A stretch of DNA of 64,000 nt from Geosiphon pyriformis uo1 (GCA_016748015.1 JAAOMT010000752.1:70976-134975); one strand, 5' to 3'. Counted from the first letter of the stretch, positions 24,540-37,006 are shown. Notes: generated by a model from the letters alone, not told the origin. Made by a program: numbers and translations.

Positions 24540-26730
24540 TCATTGCTCATCTTCAAGATCTTTGAGCTTTCCAGATTGAATGGCTTGTTCCAGAGGATTG
24601 AGAACAGAGATCACTCCAGTTTTGTTGAGACGCTCAAACAATACAAAAAGCTTTTCTGCCTCTCTTTCTTTCTCCTCCTCAGTCATGTCAGCAAGTGGGG
24701 GTGGTTCCTCATGGTAATACTGACCAGTTATAGGGTTAATGACTTGACCAGAACAAACTCGAGAATTACCAACGCTCTTGGGAGGAATCAAGATATTTTT
24801 TTTCATGAGATATCCTGCAGCATTTCCATAACCCACATGGTATATTAATAGTTGAGCTTTAAAATGAAATAAATTAATTATTCAGGAGAATAAGTATTTA
24901 TTAAAAATCGGGAAATCTTTTATTACAACTATGAAACTTACCATCTTCGTCGCACAGGATATACAACAATTCACTAACACTGTCTCGCAGATTTGGATAC
25001 ATAACTGAGGTTAATAATCGAATAAGCCGGGCGTTCAAAGTTTGACCTTTTACTAAGGGCTTCGAACGGTCTCTAAAATGAAAAAGATTTCATAAAATAC
25101 ATCTGCAAGGCAGAGCTTTTTCAAATAGCATTCAATTGTCAAGGGCTTACATATTATCAGGGAGCAATCTTGATCGCAATTTTAATTTGACAGTTCCGTC
25201 TTCAGCCAATTTTTTTAAAAGAGCTGCCAGTGGAGTAATTACCTCATCGAAATCAACGCTTTTGTTTGACTCAGGTTCAGGAACCTCATCAGACTCACTT
25301 TTGTCGGCAAGGTAAATCATAGAGTCTAACGTTTCAATCAGAAAATCGAGAAGAATATATTGTTCATCATTTTTTTCAGGAGGAAACCACATTGATTTGT
25401 ATGGTTCGACCGGGAAATTTAGAAGAGCATGGATAGCGTGAGAGTGAGGCGGTGCTAGTGGTAAAGGAGAAGGCGGTGGAATATGCGTGATAATTCGTAA
25501 TACTGGTTCTAGTAACCTAAAGAAATTTTCAATGAATGATTAGTTACAGTCTTCTTAATTTGTGGAAATTTTCAATTATAGAAAACAATTATCTAGTGGA
25601 ATACGTTTCAAACTTGAAGTCAAGGTCTAAATTTTTTCCCATCTCCTCAAGGCTTAGTTGCGAATCATACAACATTAAGTTAAACAATAGTTTCAATTGC
25701 TCACTTAAAATCATTTTTCGAGAGAACGGAGAGGGAGGGTCTAAGCTTGAACCTGGCGAAGACAATTCTTTAACATGAGTAGATATATTCTTCAGATGAA
25801 GTGAAACAGATTAAAATGCATTAAAGTTTTTTTCGAAAGAATGGTTTCTTTACTATTTAAAATTTTAAAATTTGATGCGTACCTTGGCTAAAATATCTAT
25901 GATATTGTATTGATTGATTAATTGTTGAACGGTATAACTAGGCCGAACAGTCATAAGAAAAAGAATGCGTGAAAAAAGAAATTGGGACTTCAAAGAGAGA
26001 TTGTCCCGCTGATGACCAGAAAGAGAATTAGTTGAGCTTATTCCACAAGAATAGCGAAGATTTAATCGAAATTTACTAAAATACTTGAAGTTGATATGTT
26101 GAGGTCGCAACACCTTTGTACTTTTCGAACAAATCACGAGTTTCGTCTTTTAACAAAAGAGCATTGGCAATGCAGGTTAACGCTTCCTGCGAGACGGTCG
26201 TATCAATTAGAGCCTCAGAGTCCTCGAGAAGCTGAGCATGGGTCAAAAGAACACAAAATCCCTATATTTGTGGTTCATTGATATGAGTACATAGCTAGTA
26301 AAAACAATTTAAAATGTTCAATTTAAAATTATAAACCTTATCAGCAAAAATATTATCAGAACCATTGGGGTCACGGCCCAAAGTTTTTAGTGTTTGCAGA
26401 GCCAATAAACGCGCTAATACAGGATAGAAAGTGTTAAAAAAAGCTTAAGCGATGTAATTTGCTGCAAGCTTACCTTCACTATTCCAGCCCTTTTGAACAC
26501 CGTTCTTATCAAGGTCTCCAAGGAGATAATTCACCAATTCCGATTTCTCTGAGAGAGCAAGTGCAGAAATGCCTATTTGAGGGAACGGGAAAGGGGAGTT
26601 TAATACAATTTGGGTGAAATATCCATGAGGTTGGAGGTAAAGTACCTTTGGGGTCAGCTAAGAAACTAGTCAGCAGGTTAAAGACAACTTGAGGGTCAGA
26701 TCTATCAGCTGTGGAGAGATACGCGTTCAT
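24540..26730 (-). CDS. RIC8: Ric8/synembryn, G-alpha guanine nucleotide exchange factor/chaperone (multi-exon)
   Basis: The last exon has the family signature GYGNAAGYL...INPITGQ...MTEEEKEREAEKLFVLFERLNKTGVI. Upstream exons read LQTLKTLGRDP, QEALTCIANALL, FLFSRILFLMT and QLKLLFNLM. The start MNAYLST at 26730 is inferred. Confidence 0.92.
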
Positions 26731-27531
26731 GACCAAAGCGGTAGAAGACTTGCTGGGAGGTAAGGATTTTCCTGGAAACTCGATACTTGTGGTTTTTAGT
26801 AAATTGATGTACAATCCCACAATGATAATCATTTGTGCAATACATGTATTTAACAATCACTTACAAATAGTCATAAATTTCAATTGGCTGTTACCAACTT
26901 TCTTTAGAACTTCTGCCCACTTTCTTTTCAAGCGAATAGCTGATAGCAACCACTAGATTCTATAGAATCTTAGACAAAGCGAACGTTAGGTACTATTACT
27001 GTCAGACCTCATTTATTAAAAAGCTCACCCAATCTAGAACCTATTAAATATAATATACTTTTCTCCCGCTTATTTTAACCTTGGGTCCGCTTGTAAATTT
27101 GGGAATTTGTAAATTACTTTGCAGTTATTCAACGGCATCCAAAAAGTATGTACTTTATACCTTCTTGCTATTGAAATAAAGATGGTTTCTTACTTCAGTG
27201 CAAAAGTACACGATGTTGATTTGAGAATTGAGTTTTCACTCTGCCCGGAGACTTTTAAGGCTTTCCTTTTCTTTGATCTTTCGTTCCCTTACCAATTTCT
27301 TCTTTATATTCTTATTCTCTCTCAGTATGAGTTTGCATAGATCTCAATCCAATTAAATTGAATATTTGCCAAAAAAGATGGGATGGGGCATCACGGCATT
27401 TTTATGGTGATCCATGAGTGCTTGTCATCTTTAATCAAGCTAACCATTAAAATATCATTCCAATCGTATCTATTTAGATATCTAGTTTTAAATTCATTAT
27501 TGAAGTCAAACAGTAGGACTTTATAGGATCA
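26731..27531. promoter_or_regulatory. Divergent intergenic/promoter region shared by RIC8 and the CPSF6-like gene
   Basis: Head-to-head start codons ~800 bp apart. No specific sites were identified. Confidence 0.5.
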
Positions 27532-29895
27532 ATGGCAGAAGAAGATCCTTTCGATATTTATGACGAACCCTTTGGTGGGACCGAAGAAACCGTATGTTAT
27601 TGCTTTGTTTGGATTGGATAATTTGAAGACATAGTATTAAATTATTATTATTCTTGCAAAAGCATGATGACTTGTATGACGAAATTCTTGGTGATGACGA
27701 CGGTCGACCAGCAAAACGCCGACGAGAGGATGAATTTGAATACAATCTATCTGCAAAGGAAGGAAACGATGACGAGGATTTATTTGCTGACTTCGGGGAG
27801 GTTGACACAAAGGTTCGTAATTACTCCACAGCGCAGCTGCCCTTCTTGTCTGTCATTGTATGTAAAAATATATATGGGCTGCGCTGTGCAGTACTGTATA
27901 CCTGGCAGGAATGGTTGAAACATGATTTTTTATTTCTATTTTTCTTGACATGTTTTCAATTTTATTTTGGCTATGTGCTGAGATTCCTTGATAGTTTGCA
28001 TATTAAATTTGTAAGGGAAATATTTTACATTGGGAAAATTGACATTGAAAAGATCAAGTCGGCTCTTCAAGTTGTAATTTACATTCAGAAACAAACAATA
28101 AATTTTCTTGATCAAAGAACTTACTGGTCTCTATCCTTCTCTTCTTCTCACGCGCACAATGTTTCGCCGTGCATGTCGTGTTGAAATCATTGCCTTCTTT
28201 ACAGGAATTTGAGGTCAGGGAAGATATCCAATCATCCACTATCACCGCTGTTGAAGGTATAAGAAGACTCTTATTATGCTATAGAATTTATCAAGAAGGC
28301 TGCTTGAAGGACTTTGTTGTATAGACAACATTCGCTAAAAATGATTTAAAATTTAGGTGAAACAAGATCCGATTCCAGGCCCTCGCTGTCGACCAGTTTC
28401 CAAAAGTCCCTATCGATTGAGCATAAAGTGCAATTAAATGCCACAAATGCCTTATATCTAGGTGAACTCAATTGGGTAAATTAAGAAGGAAATTGATCTT
28501 TAAAGCATATCGAATTTTTTGACCAAAGATTCCTTCCACTTCCTTTCTTTAGTGGACGACCGACGAAGATCTACGATTGATTGCTCGTGATGCTGGGGTA
28601 ACATCGGAATTGAAAGATGTTACCTTCTATGAACATAAAGTTAATGGAAAATCAAGAGGGTACATATTTGGCATATTGATACTGAATTTTATATACTGAG
28701 AATCCAAGATTTTAAACTCGATTATATTTCTTTTAGAGTGGCTTACGTGGAGTTTACATCTCCTGAAGCTGCATCAAAAGTAAAAGAAAGATTGGAGGCA
28801 TTGTAAGTACAGAATATTTGAAATGTATAAATTTTATGACATTATCATTTCGAATATTTAATCCAACCTCTTAACTTATTTTTAGAGATGTTAATGGCAA
28901 AAAATGCATTGTTAATTTCACAAGTTCTGCAAATGGCAACCCTTTCAAAACTGTCCCAAAAGGTAATTGGTTTTGCATTAATTTGAAAAAAAAAAGTTAT
29001 TTTTGAGACCAATTATTGTGGAACTTGTTCATCCAATAAATTTTTTAGAGCCTCCTCCAAAAGCCGCTCGTCAAGTTCAACCGCAATCTGGTCCTGTAGT
29101 CACTAGTAGAGGTGCGGCAAGTTTGCCTGCACGTCCTCCTGCCATGAGGCCTGGATTTGAATTTAATCGAACTGGATTTCGCACTGGTCCGATGAACACA
29201 GGTCCAAGAGATTTTTTCCCGCCACCCATGGCACCATATGCTCCTTTTCCAGCTGGAGCTCGTGGTGGCTATATGAATGGCTTTGCAAATAACCCGGAAG
29301 CTTCATTCGCCGCCATGAATCCCATGATGGGACGAGGTGGAATGATGGGCATGCGTGGACAACCAGGTCCAGTTCGTCGAGGAATGATGGCTGGACGAGG
29401 AGGCATGCGTGGCGTATACGGTGAGGAATTTATGAGTGGATTTGCAGGTAGATTTATTTTCGTATAATTGACATTTCACATGCCTCTTGATTTCTTTTAT
29501 CTATTAATTTTGCCATAATTTAAGTGCCCACAGCTCCTGGATTCCCTGCTCCACATTTTAATCCGGCATTCTTTCCAGATCAAGGTTACGTTAATGAAGA
29601 TGTTCCTGTGGCCCCACGTGGCCAAAGGTGACTAGGAAACTTGTACGCATCCTCTGTCTATATTTTGGTTCACATCAACCTGATTAATTTTGTTCTGACG
29701 ATATTCTTTTAAACATTTAAAGAGGCCATGAACCTTCATATGGGATGAAGAGAGTTCGAGAAGATTATAGTCATATGGAGGCACAAGGTTTGTAGATTAA
29801 ATAACTTTCTTTTATCCAAGCAAGTATTTTCATGGTGCATTCCATTTGACAATGTAAGATTTCTCAATTGCAAACACGTAGAACGCGAATATTAA
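27532..29895 (+). CDS. CPSF6: Cleavage factor Im large subunit (CFIm68/CFIm59; CPSF6/CPSF7-like) RRM protein (multi-exon)
   Basis: Acidic N-terminus with DIYD/DLYD. The spliced RRM reads [16 protein letters not shown]...[21 protein letters not shown]...NPFKTVPK, characteristic of CFIm68. A Pro/Gly/Met/Arg-rich tail follows, with stop TAA at 29893-29895. Confidence 0.85.
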
Positions 29896-30907
29896 GTGCT
29901 TTCTCAGTCAATTTTCGAATTAACTTTTGCATCCCCTTAGAATATATATTATCATATGTTTACCTATACATTATCATTTCCGTTAAACTTTACTATTTAC
30001 AATATATTAGTAAAAATAGTGATTCTTATTTCTGTGAAATAAAGTAGGCTTCGAAATTCCTTTCTTGTATCTCTATTTATTATATCATTTATTGTTAATC
30101 GGAAAAGCTTTGGTCTTCAATATTATGGGCGTTTTATCGCGAATTGGAAGGGTTTGTTTTCTAAAATTCAACCGCTCGCGTAATTTATACTTGCATCTGA
30201 ATGTGGCGCAAACATTATGATTTGTAATAGCTACTTGAACCCTTGATACGATGTTACTTTTTGAGATTTAACTTTTAACCTTGAGATTTTCAGAACAAAA
30301 AATACTTTTTTGTTACACAATAGACTTTTTCATTTTCTCAACCCATTTTATTGATGGATTTTTCATGAAAAGATTTATTTCATGATTCAAAAGCTAGAGA
30401 AGATATTGGATTTTTGTTGCTTTGGTGCGTTTGCACTCATTTGTTCAAGATAATATCTGTATAAAACTTTTTAATTTTGAAAGTTGTTGGTTTTTGATTT
30501 AAGAGGATTTATAAACAAAAAAAAAGAAAATGTACAAATAAAGAAATATCAAAAAGTATCAACAACCAACAATAGTTTGGAACAATACTCTAAATATAAT
30601 GATTTTTAGTTGACAAAGTTTAGAGGGCCTTTGGAGGGTGGTAAAAAAACCACAAATCTCTGTTTGTTTTTCTAAAATTATAAAAAGGAATATACAAAAG
30701 AAACTAAAGATTTGTAATTTTTTTATAACATGGCCTTTACTGATTCATGGATTTAGAAATTTAGGGAGGTAACAACTTGATGTAAAGGTATTATGAAAGC
30801 ACATTTCATTGTTCTTTGGCGTTACTATCTAACCTGCTACTGCTGCTATGTTGTTTAATTTTCATTTCCTTTTATTCTTTTTCACATAATTGAAGAGTTT
30901 GGATGAT

Positions 30908-31001
30908 AGAGGTAGAGGTAGAGGTAGAGGTAGAGGTAGAGGTAGAGATAGAGGTAGAGGTAGAGGTAGAGGTAGAGGAGGTGGTGGTGGTGATGATGAT
31001 G
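30908..31001. repeat. (AGAGGT)n hexamer repeat followed by (GGT)n/(GAT)n, downstream of the CBM21 stop
   Basis: Directly visible. Confidence 0.95.
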
Positions 31002-31150
31002 ATAGTGAAAAAATTAATGATGAAGCACCGATAACAAAGCACAACGATTGTTCATGTAAGATATGTTGAATATGTAAAAAATAGAAGCTCCAATAATTGG
31101 TGTGTTCAGGTGTTCGACTAGCAAATATATGAAATCGCCAGGCATGGAAA

Positions 31151-32992
31151 TCAAGTCATAACCGGAGGGCTGCTGGCGTAGTTTGTGGAACAAGGGGAAC
31201 CTTGGTAGAAACAATAGCGATCGACTAATTCATAATAAGATGATGAGCCGATCGCTGGTTTTGTTGAGCTTGGAATTGCGATTGGAGTCGATCGCCGGGT
31301 CACTTCAAAGTTTGATTTAGTTTTAAACTGCTTGGGGGAATCATTTATCCATGAAGCCGTTGGGTCAACGGTAGATGGCATACCATCAATATATTCACCA
31401 AAGAAGGCGTTGAAACCCTCCGTGTTGTTGGCAAGCGAGTATGGACGAATGTGATGATTAACATGTGTTTGTGGCGGGTTTAGGGCAATTGGGTGAGGTC
31501 GGGGGCTTGGGGTTGTTGTTGATGATGATGATGATGATGGAACTAATGAAGTTGGTTTGATCATAGCCGCAGATAGTGAATCCTTAATGTCATATCTTGA
31601 CGAAATCATTTTCTGTTGAGTACTTCCAGGGACGAGTGTGAGGGCTGATGAAGCGGGGGACAAAGGGGAGCGACAGATTTCATCAGATCGTTGTTTTGAA
31701 ATTTTGGTAGAGTTTTGATTGGAGGGCCATTTGGAAAAAGATTTTATCGATTTTGATCGGCTTGACGGTGACGTTTGCTTAGTAAGACGTTTAAAGTTGA
31801 CCTGATAATTTGAGGCGTTGTTGTTGTCCCACAATTCTCGATTGTCAACCATGTAACAAACAGCGAAGAACATGGTTTGTCCGTTGATAGGATTTCTCGA
31901 GTTATCGATCAATCCGATATTAAATTCAAACACGTCAAAAGTATTATTCTTGCGATCTTGAGCATCTTCTGAATACGAAGCGGTGACCTCAGAAACCGAA
32001 GACCAAAAATCAAAAGTATATCTGACGATAACCGTCTTTTGAAATGCAATATTTTGAACTTGAATGCGACCTTGTAGTTTACGTTGGTCTTTGGACAAAA
32101 ATATTGATTCCACAAGGACAGGCTTCGAACTGTGAAGTGTTGTAATTCTAGGGAAATTTGGAAGTGTAATGACGAGTTCACCTTCGTAATCGTCGTCATC
32201 ATCAGATTCTGAGGATGTTTCTTCATCGGAATCCTCTTCTTCAGAAGAAACGTCACAACTAACAGCCAATGGTTTTTCGGCTTCCAAGAAAAATCGAACA
32301 TGTTCTAAATCGGTATCGAAATGCACGAATTTTGGACATGTCGGCGTCGTTGGCTCTGATTTTGATGCTCCTTGCTTGAGGGAAGGTCTTACCACTTCGC
32401 CACTTTTCTTCCTTAAGATACAAAGTCTGGTTAACGGAGTTACCAATGGTGGCAAATCTTTGAGATTAAGACGTCGCTGTAGAGCCTCAGGCGAAGACTT
32501 ACGTCTTGGTGAGGTTGAGAATTGAGGTGAAGTTGAAAGAATATCTTTAACTTCTTGAAGAGCCTGGGTTCTTTGAGATGGCGTCATATCTACTGGGTGT
32601 GACTTTTTCTCCATATTCACAGGATTTGAACGTGGTGAGGAGGAGGGTGATAGGGGAGGGGTTGGTATCAAGACTGCTTTTGTGGGGGAAGAACCGAAAA
32701 CGTTAATAACTGACTTCATTAAGCTGTCGTTGCTGATGGTTGGTCTCTTGGAGGAACCAAAGGTGATTTTGGTTAATGGCCAACCTGGTCGAGAAATAGG
32801 ACTAGGAGTAGGTTTTTTGGTTACGATAGCTGTGGCTTTTAATGATTCTGGGTTTATTGTGGTCTTAATAGTAGTAGTAATAGTAGTAGTAGTAGGAGTA
32901 GTAGTGGTAGTGGTGGCCGTTGAACACGATTCTGGAATCGTTGTAATTTTGTCGGGGTTTGTTGTTTTTATTACTGGAGGAGAATATGGCAT
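31151..32992 (-). CDS. Protein phosphatase 1 glycogen-targeting regulatory subunit (CBM21; Gac1/Gip2/PPP1R3-like), 613 aa
   Basis: Intact single-exon ORF. RVxF-type motif KFVHF. CBM21 motifs GRIQVQNIAFQKTVIVRYTFDFW and WDNNNASNY. Confidence 0.93.
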   Translation of the reverse strand: MPYSPPVIKTTNPDKITTIPESCSTATTTTTTPTTTTITTTIKTTINPESLKATAIVTKKPTPSPISRPGWPLTKITFGSSKRPTISNDSLMKSVINVFGSSPTKAVLIPTPPLSPSSSPRSNPVNMEKKSHPVDMTPSQRTQALQEVKDILSTSPQFSTSPRRKSSPEALQRRLNLKDLPPLVTPLTRLCILRKKSGEVVRPSLKQGASKSEPTTPTCPKFVHFDTDLEHVRFFLEAEKPLAVSCDVSSEEEDSDEETSSESDDDDDYEGELVITLPNFPRITTLHSSKPVLVESIFLSKDQRKLQGRIQVQNIAFQKTVIVRYTFDFWSSVSEVTASYSEDAQDRKNNTFDVFEFNIGLIDNSRNPINGQTMFFAVCYMVDNRELWDNNNASNYQVNFKRLTKQTSPSSRSKSIKSFSKWPSNQNSTKISKQRSDEICRSPLSPASSALTLVPGSTQQKMISSRYDIKDSLSAAMIKPTSLVPSSSSSSTTTPSPRPHPIALNPPQTHVNHHIRPYSLANNTEGFNAFFGEYIDGMPSTVDPTASWINDSPKQFKTKSNFEVTRRSTPIAIPSSTKPAIGSSSYYELVDRYCFYQGSPCSTNYASSPPVMT

Positions 32993-33045
32993 ATTGATGA
33001 ATCGTTATTTTTTATATTTCTTTGAGAGAGATAATATTCTGTGAC

Positions 33046-33370
33046 CTGGAAGAAGTGAAGACCAAGATTGGGAGGAAGAAAGAGTGCAAGAAAGATTAGT
33101 TGTGGTTAATGAGAGTGAATAAATAAAAACGGAAAGAGATTTTATATGAAATTGACTCGTGATAACTCGATATTTAATGTTTTTTATACGCAGTGATTTT
33201 TTTTGTAATTTGATAAAAAAAAACTAAAAAATTGGGATTCAAGGAAAATTGATTTGTAATAGGTTGATTTAAACTTTTTATCACGAGCTTTTTTCAAAAA
33301 TAAAATGTTCTTTTGTTTCCAAACGCGAGAATAGATAATACGAGAGAACTCTCGAAATTTTTAAGCTTAC
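33046..33370 (-). other. Probable 5'-UTR intron of the CBM21 gene
   Basis: Minus-strand donor AG|GTAAGC at 33370, branch-like CTAAT at ~33095-33099, and a pyrimidine tract with CAG acceptor at 33046, 54 nt upstream of the ATG. Confidence 0.55.
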
Positions 33371-34476
33371 CTTTAAAAATTTGGAGGTCTATACAAGTAA
33401 AAAGTATTGGTTTTTAGATAATGTTTCGTTTGACTCGCGCCGTTTTAATGGTTTTCGTGAAAAAAATAAAAAAATGAAGATATTTGGTCTTCTTGGGATT
33501 GTATTGTATTTATGTGGAAGGGGGTGAGACTCCAAAAATAAAAAACTAATAAAAATTTGATATTCGGTTTGAAAGTATTTTCGTAACAAAACTGTTAATT
33601 GAAAAGCGCAAAAGACGGGAATGCCGTTTTATACGAAATTCTACAAAAGATATCGGGTACTGATAAACAGACTTTTTGACTCAGACTCGGATACACACAC
33701 ACACACACACACACAGGGAAGAGGGTAGTTGTTGAGTACCCCGATATTTTGTTGGCAAACTCAAAATTGGGTCGGCCTTTACTAATACAAAAATTTTTTT
33801 AATTTAGGATTCAATACTAGTTCAATATATTTTATATTATAGATGGCTGTTCAGATTGTCAAATTTATCGTTTATCAAAAAGAGTGCGGTGTCAAGATGC
33901 AAGGAGAGCAGGTTTGACTCAAAAGAGGCTGGGAAAAGGGGTAGCTAGGTGTTGATCTTAATGGTTAGATTGAGGTTAGAATTGATAATTGTATCGTTTC
34001 TGTTTGGGAAATTTGGCAAGAATCCTTTTTTTTTTTTTTTTAAATGATTTAACTAAACGGCTTTATTTGGATTCGAAAGAAAAAATCTTTTTTTTATTTT
34101 TTTAAAAAAAGTAAGTGGGTACAACTGATTTGTGAAATTGATAATAAGTGAAATACCTTTTGTGTATGTGTTGGTTCAATATAAATATTTTAAACTTAAA
34201 AATTTATTTCATGTGTCTTTAATAAAGTTCATAGCTTCTTTTGAGTTAAATTTATAAATTTATATTGGCGCAATGCAAGATATCAAAGATACTGTGATTC
34301 TGCTGAGAGTTTATTAATGAAATAGAGAGAAAGCCACGGAATATCGAGAGATAGAGAGATCTTTTTGATTTGATTAATTGATTTTGAGGATAATGGCTTG
34401 ATTTTTTACCTTTGGGATAAAAAGTTTGATTTTGACTTGCATGGTGCTTTAATCATCTTTTGAGGAGCTTAATTTC

Positions 34477-34539
<63 letters not shown>
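34477..34539. repeat. (ATT)n microsatellite
   Basis: Directly visible. Similar tracts occur at 34840-34910, 37007-37050 and 38515-38565. Confidence 0.95.
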
Positions 34540-35099
34540 CAGCATCAAAACGATTTTTGAGGTTTTTTTTAATTTCAATATTCTGGGCTCATTCTTTCGT
34601 TTCCTCTTAAAAACCTAATGACTTTTTGAAAGAATTGTTAGGATCTCATAGTATAAGGAGGATAGAGGTTTTTTCTATATACCTTCTTATCCAATGAATC
34701 ATCAACAGTATCTGGTATCAATTGATTAATGTTAAAAGAGATGATTTCATGATTAGATGAGATTGCTGACAATTCGAATATGGTTAAATTTACAAATTCA
34801 GGTAGTGAGGGACCAAATTAAAGAGACGGAATAATATTATGATTAATAATAGTAATAATAATAATAATTACAATAATAATAATAATAATTACAATAATAA
34901 TAATAATAATTGGTCTCAAAAAAAAAAAAAAAACTCTTTTTTCATAAAAATGAAAAAAGGCTTGTTCTTTCAATAGAATGATTTCTGCACTTTGCAATTC
35001 CGGGAAAAAAAACTTTAAAAATCAAATTGGAAAATTAAAAAGATGATTAAAATTATTTTTGAAATGTAAACGAATAAATTTTTAATCACCAATAGCATT

Positions 35100-35100
35100 C

Positions 35101-35140
<40 letters not shown>

Positions 35141-35159
35141 AATCATCATAATCATCATC
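35100..35159. repeat. (TCA)n microsatellite
   Basis: Directly visible. Confidence 0.95.
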
Positions 35160-35409
35160 GCGACCACGCGAAGATATTCTGGAGAAAAAAAAAAATTTTT
35201 TTTTTTATTGAAGACGATCAATTCTTTGTCGTTCATGCCTTTATCTCTTATATCAGTGTTTTTTAAAAATATTTATCTTTTTAAAAGCTAATGGACACAC
35301 AATGGTTGAAGTAGTTAGTTATTTTAAAAAAAGTTATATAGCTCAAAAGTCTTAAAAATATTGATTAAAACAATTGTAAATCCCTACAAAAAAAAAAAAA
35401 AAAAAAAAA

Positions 35410-36291
35410 NNNNNNNNNNNNNNNNNNNNNNNNNNNNNNNNNNNNNNNNNNNNNNNNNNNNNNNNNNNNNNNNNNNNNNNNNNNNNNNNNNNNNNNNNNN
35501 NNNNNNNNNNNNNNNNNNNNNNNNNNNNNNNNNNNNNNNNNNNNNNNNNNNNNNNNNNNNNNNNNNNNNNNNNNNNNNNNNNNNNNNNNNNNNNNNNNNN
35601 NNNNNNNNNNNNNNNNNNNNNNNNNNNNNNNNNNNNNNNNNNNNNNNNNNNNNNNNNNNNNNNNNNNNNNNNNNNNNNNNNNNNNNNNNNNNNNNNNNNN
35701 NNNNNNNNNNNNNNNNNNNNNNNNNNNNNNNNNNNNNNNNNNNNNNNNNNNNNNNNNNNNNNNNNNNNNNNNNNNNNNNNNNNNNNNNNNNNNNNNNNNN
35801 NNNNNNNNNNNNNNNNNNNNNNNNNNNNNNNNNNNNNNNNNNNNNNNNNNNNNNNNNNNNNNNNNNNNNNNNNNNNNNNNNNNNNNNNNNNNNNNNNNNN
35901 NNNNNNNNNNNNNNNNNNNNNNNNNNNNNNNNNNNNNNNNNNNNNNNNNNNNNNNNNNNNNNNNNNNNNNNNNNNNNNNNNNNNNNNNNNNNNNNNNNNN
36001 NNNNNNNNNNNNNNNNNNNNNNNNNNNNNNNNNNNNNNNNNNNNNNNNNNNNNNNNNNNNNNNNNNNNNNNNNNNNNNNNNNNNNNNNNNNNNNNNNNNN
36101 NNNNNNNNNNNNNNNNNNNNNNNNNNNNNNNNNNNNNNNNNNNNNNNNNNNNNNNNNNNNNNNNNNNNNNNNNNNNNNNNNNNNNNNNNNNNNNNNNNNN
36201 NNNNNNNNNNNNNNNNNNNNNNNNNNNNNNNNNNNNNNNNNNNNNNNNNNNNNNNNNNNNNNNNNNNNNNNNNNNNNNNNNNNNNNNNNNN
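35410..36291. other. Assembly gap (882 N)
   Basis: Run of N flanked by poly-A on the left and poly-T on the right. Confidence 1.
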
Positions 36292-37006
36292 NTTTTTTTT
36301 TTTTTTTTTTTTTTTTTTTGTATCCTCGTGAAACATTAAGGAACACATATATTTTTAATTGATAAATCCTGTTTGCAAAAAAAAAAAAAATTTTTTTTTT
36401 TAAAGTCTGTGCTCGACATGAGTAAAATTTTCCGGTTATACTGCACGGCGAAAGCCTGTTAATGGCTTTATGTGGCGACAGGGGTGTGAGGCTCACCCGT
36501 TGTAAGATGTCTCGGGTGGGAGATGACGATTTTTTCCTATATGGCTGGTGTGGGGATTGTTCTCAAGACTTTCATTGAAAAAACTGTTATACAAATTATT
36601 TTATAACGTGATAACTAAATGAGAACGATATATAAATTCTCACACTTGCCTGTTTTTCGTCATGGTATGTTTGCAGAAATTATAAAATCGCAATTTTCTT
36701 TTAAAGTTTTCTTTTAAAGGGATGGAGGGTGTTGTTCAGTTGATAGCAGAATGCTTTATTATTGTCTTTTGTTAATCATCAGTTAGAACCTTTTGTTTTC
36801 GTTATAAATTTTTAAAATCACTCATTCAAATGTAAATGATTGGTCTCGTGTCTGTGTGTGTGTGTGTGTGTGTGAGTTTTATTTCTATTTCATACAAGTC
36901 AAAAAGCCACGATTGATTAAAAAAAAACAAAGAAAACACAACCAGCCAGTTAATTAGTACAGGGCCTTTAACCCCTTTTGATCCAAACTGATACTTTTTC
37001 ATCCCA

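Noticed and set aside
30862-31044. Pro-Leu repeat ORF; likewise poly-Met (35015-35236), Phe-Cys (38070-38342) and poly-Gly (39943-40236) ORFs
   Set aside because: Translations of microsatellites.
32682-33044. Hydrophobic 120-aa plus-strand ORF (and 31909-32301)
   Set aside because: Antisense or alternate-frame shadows of the Thr-rich CBM21 gene.
35387-36319. Poly-A and poly-T flanking the gap as an inverted-repeat element
   Set aside because: Homopolymers commonly break contigs, and the interior is unknown.
36451-36470. SRP RNA gene
   Set aside because: Only a loose match to the 5' motif, with no recognisable helix 6/8 downstream. Kept only as an unassigned structured island.
35361-36496. 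Long ORFs of 327-370 aa in the ORF track
   Set aside because: Artefacts of the N gap and the flanking homopolymers.
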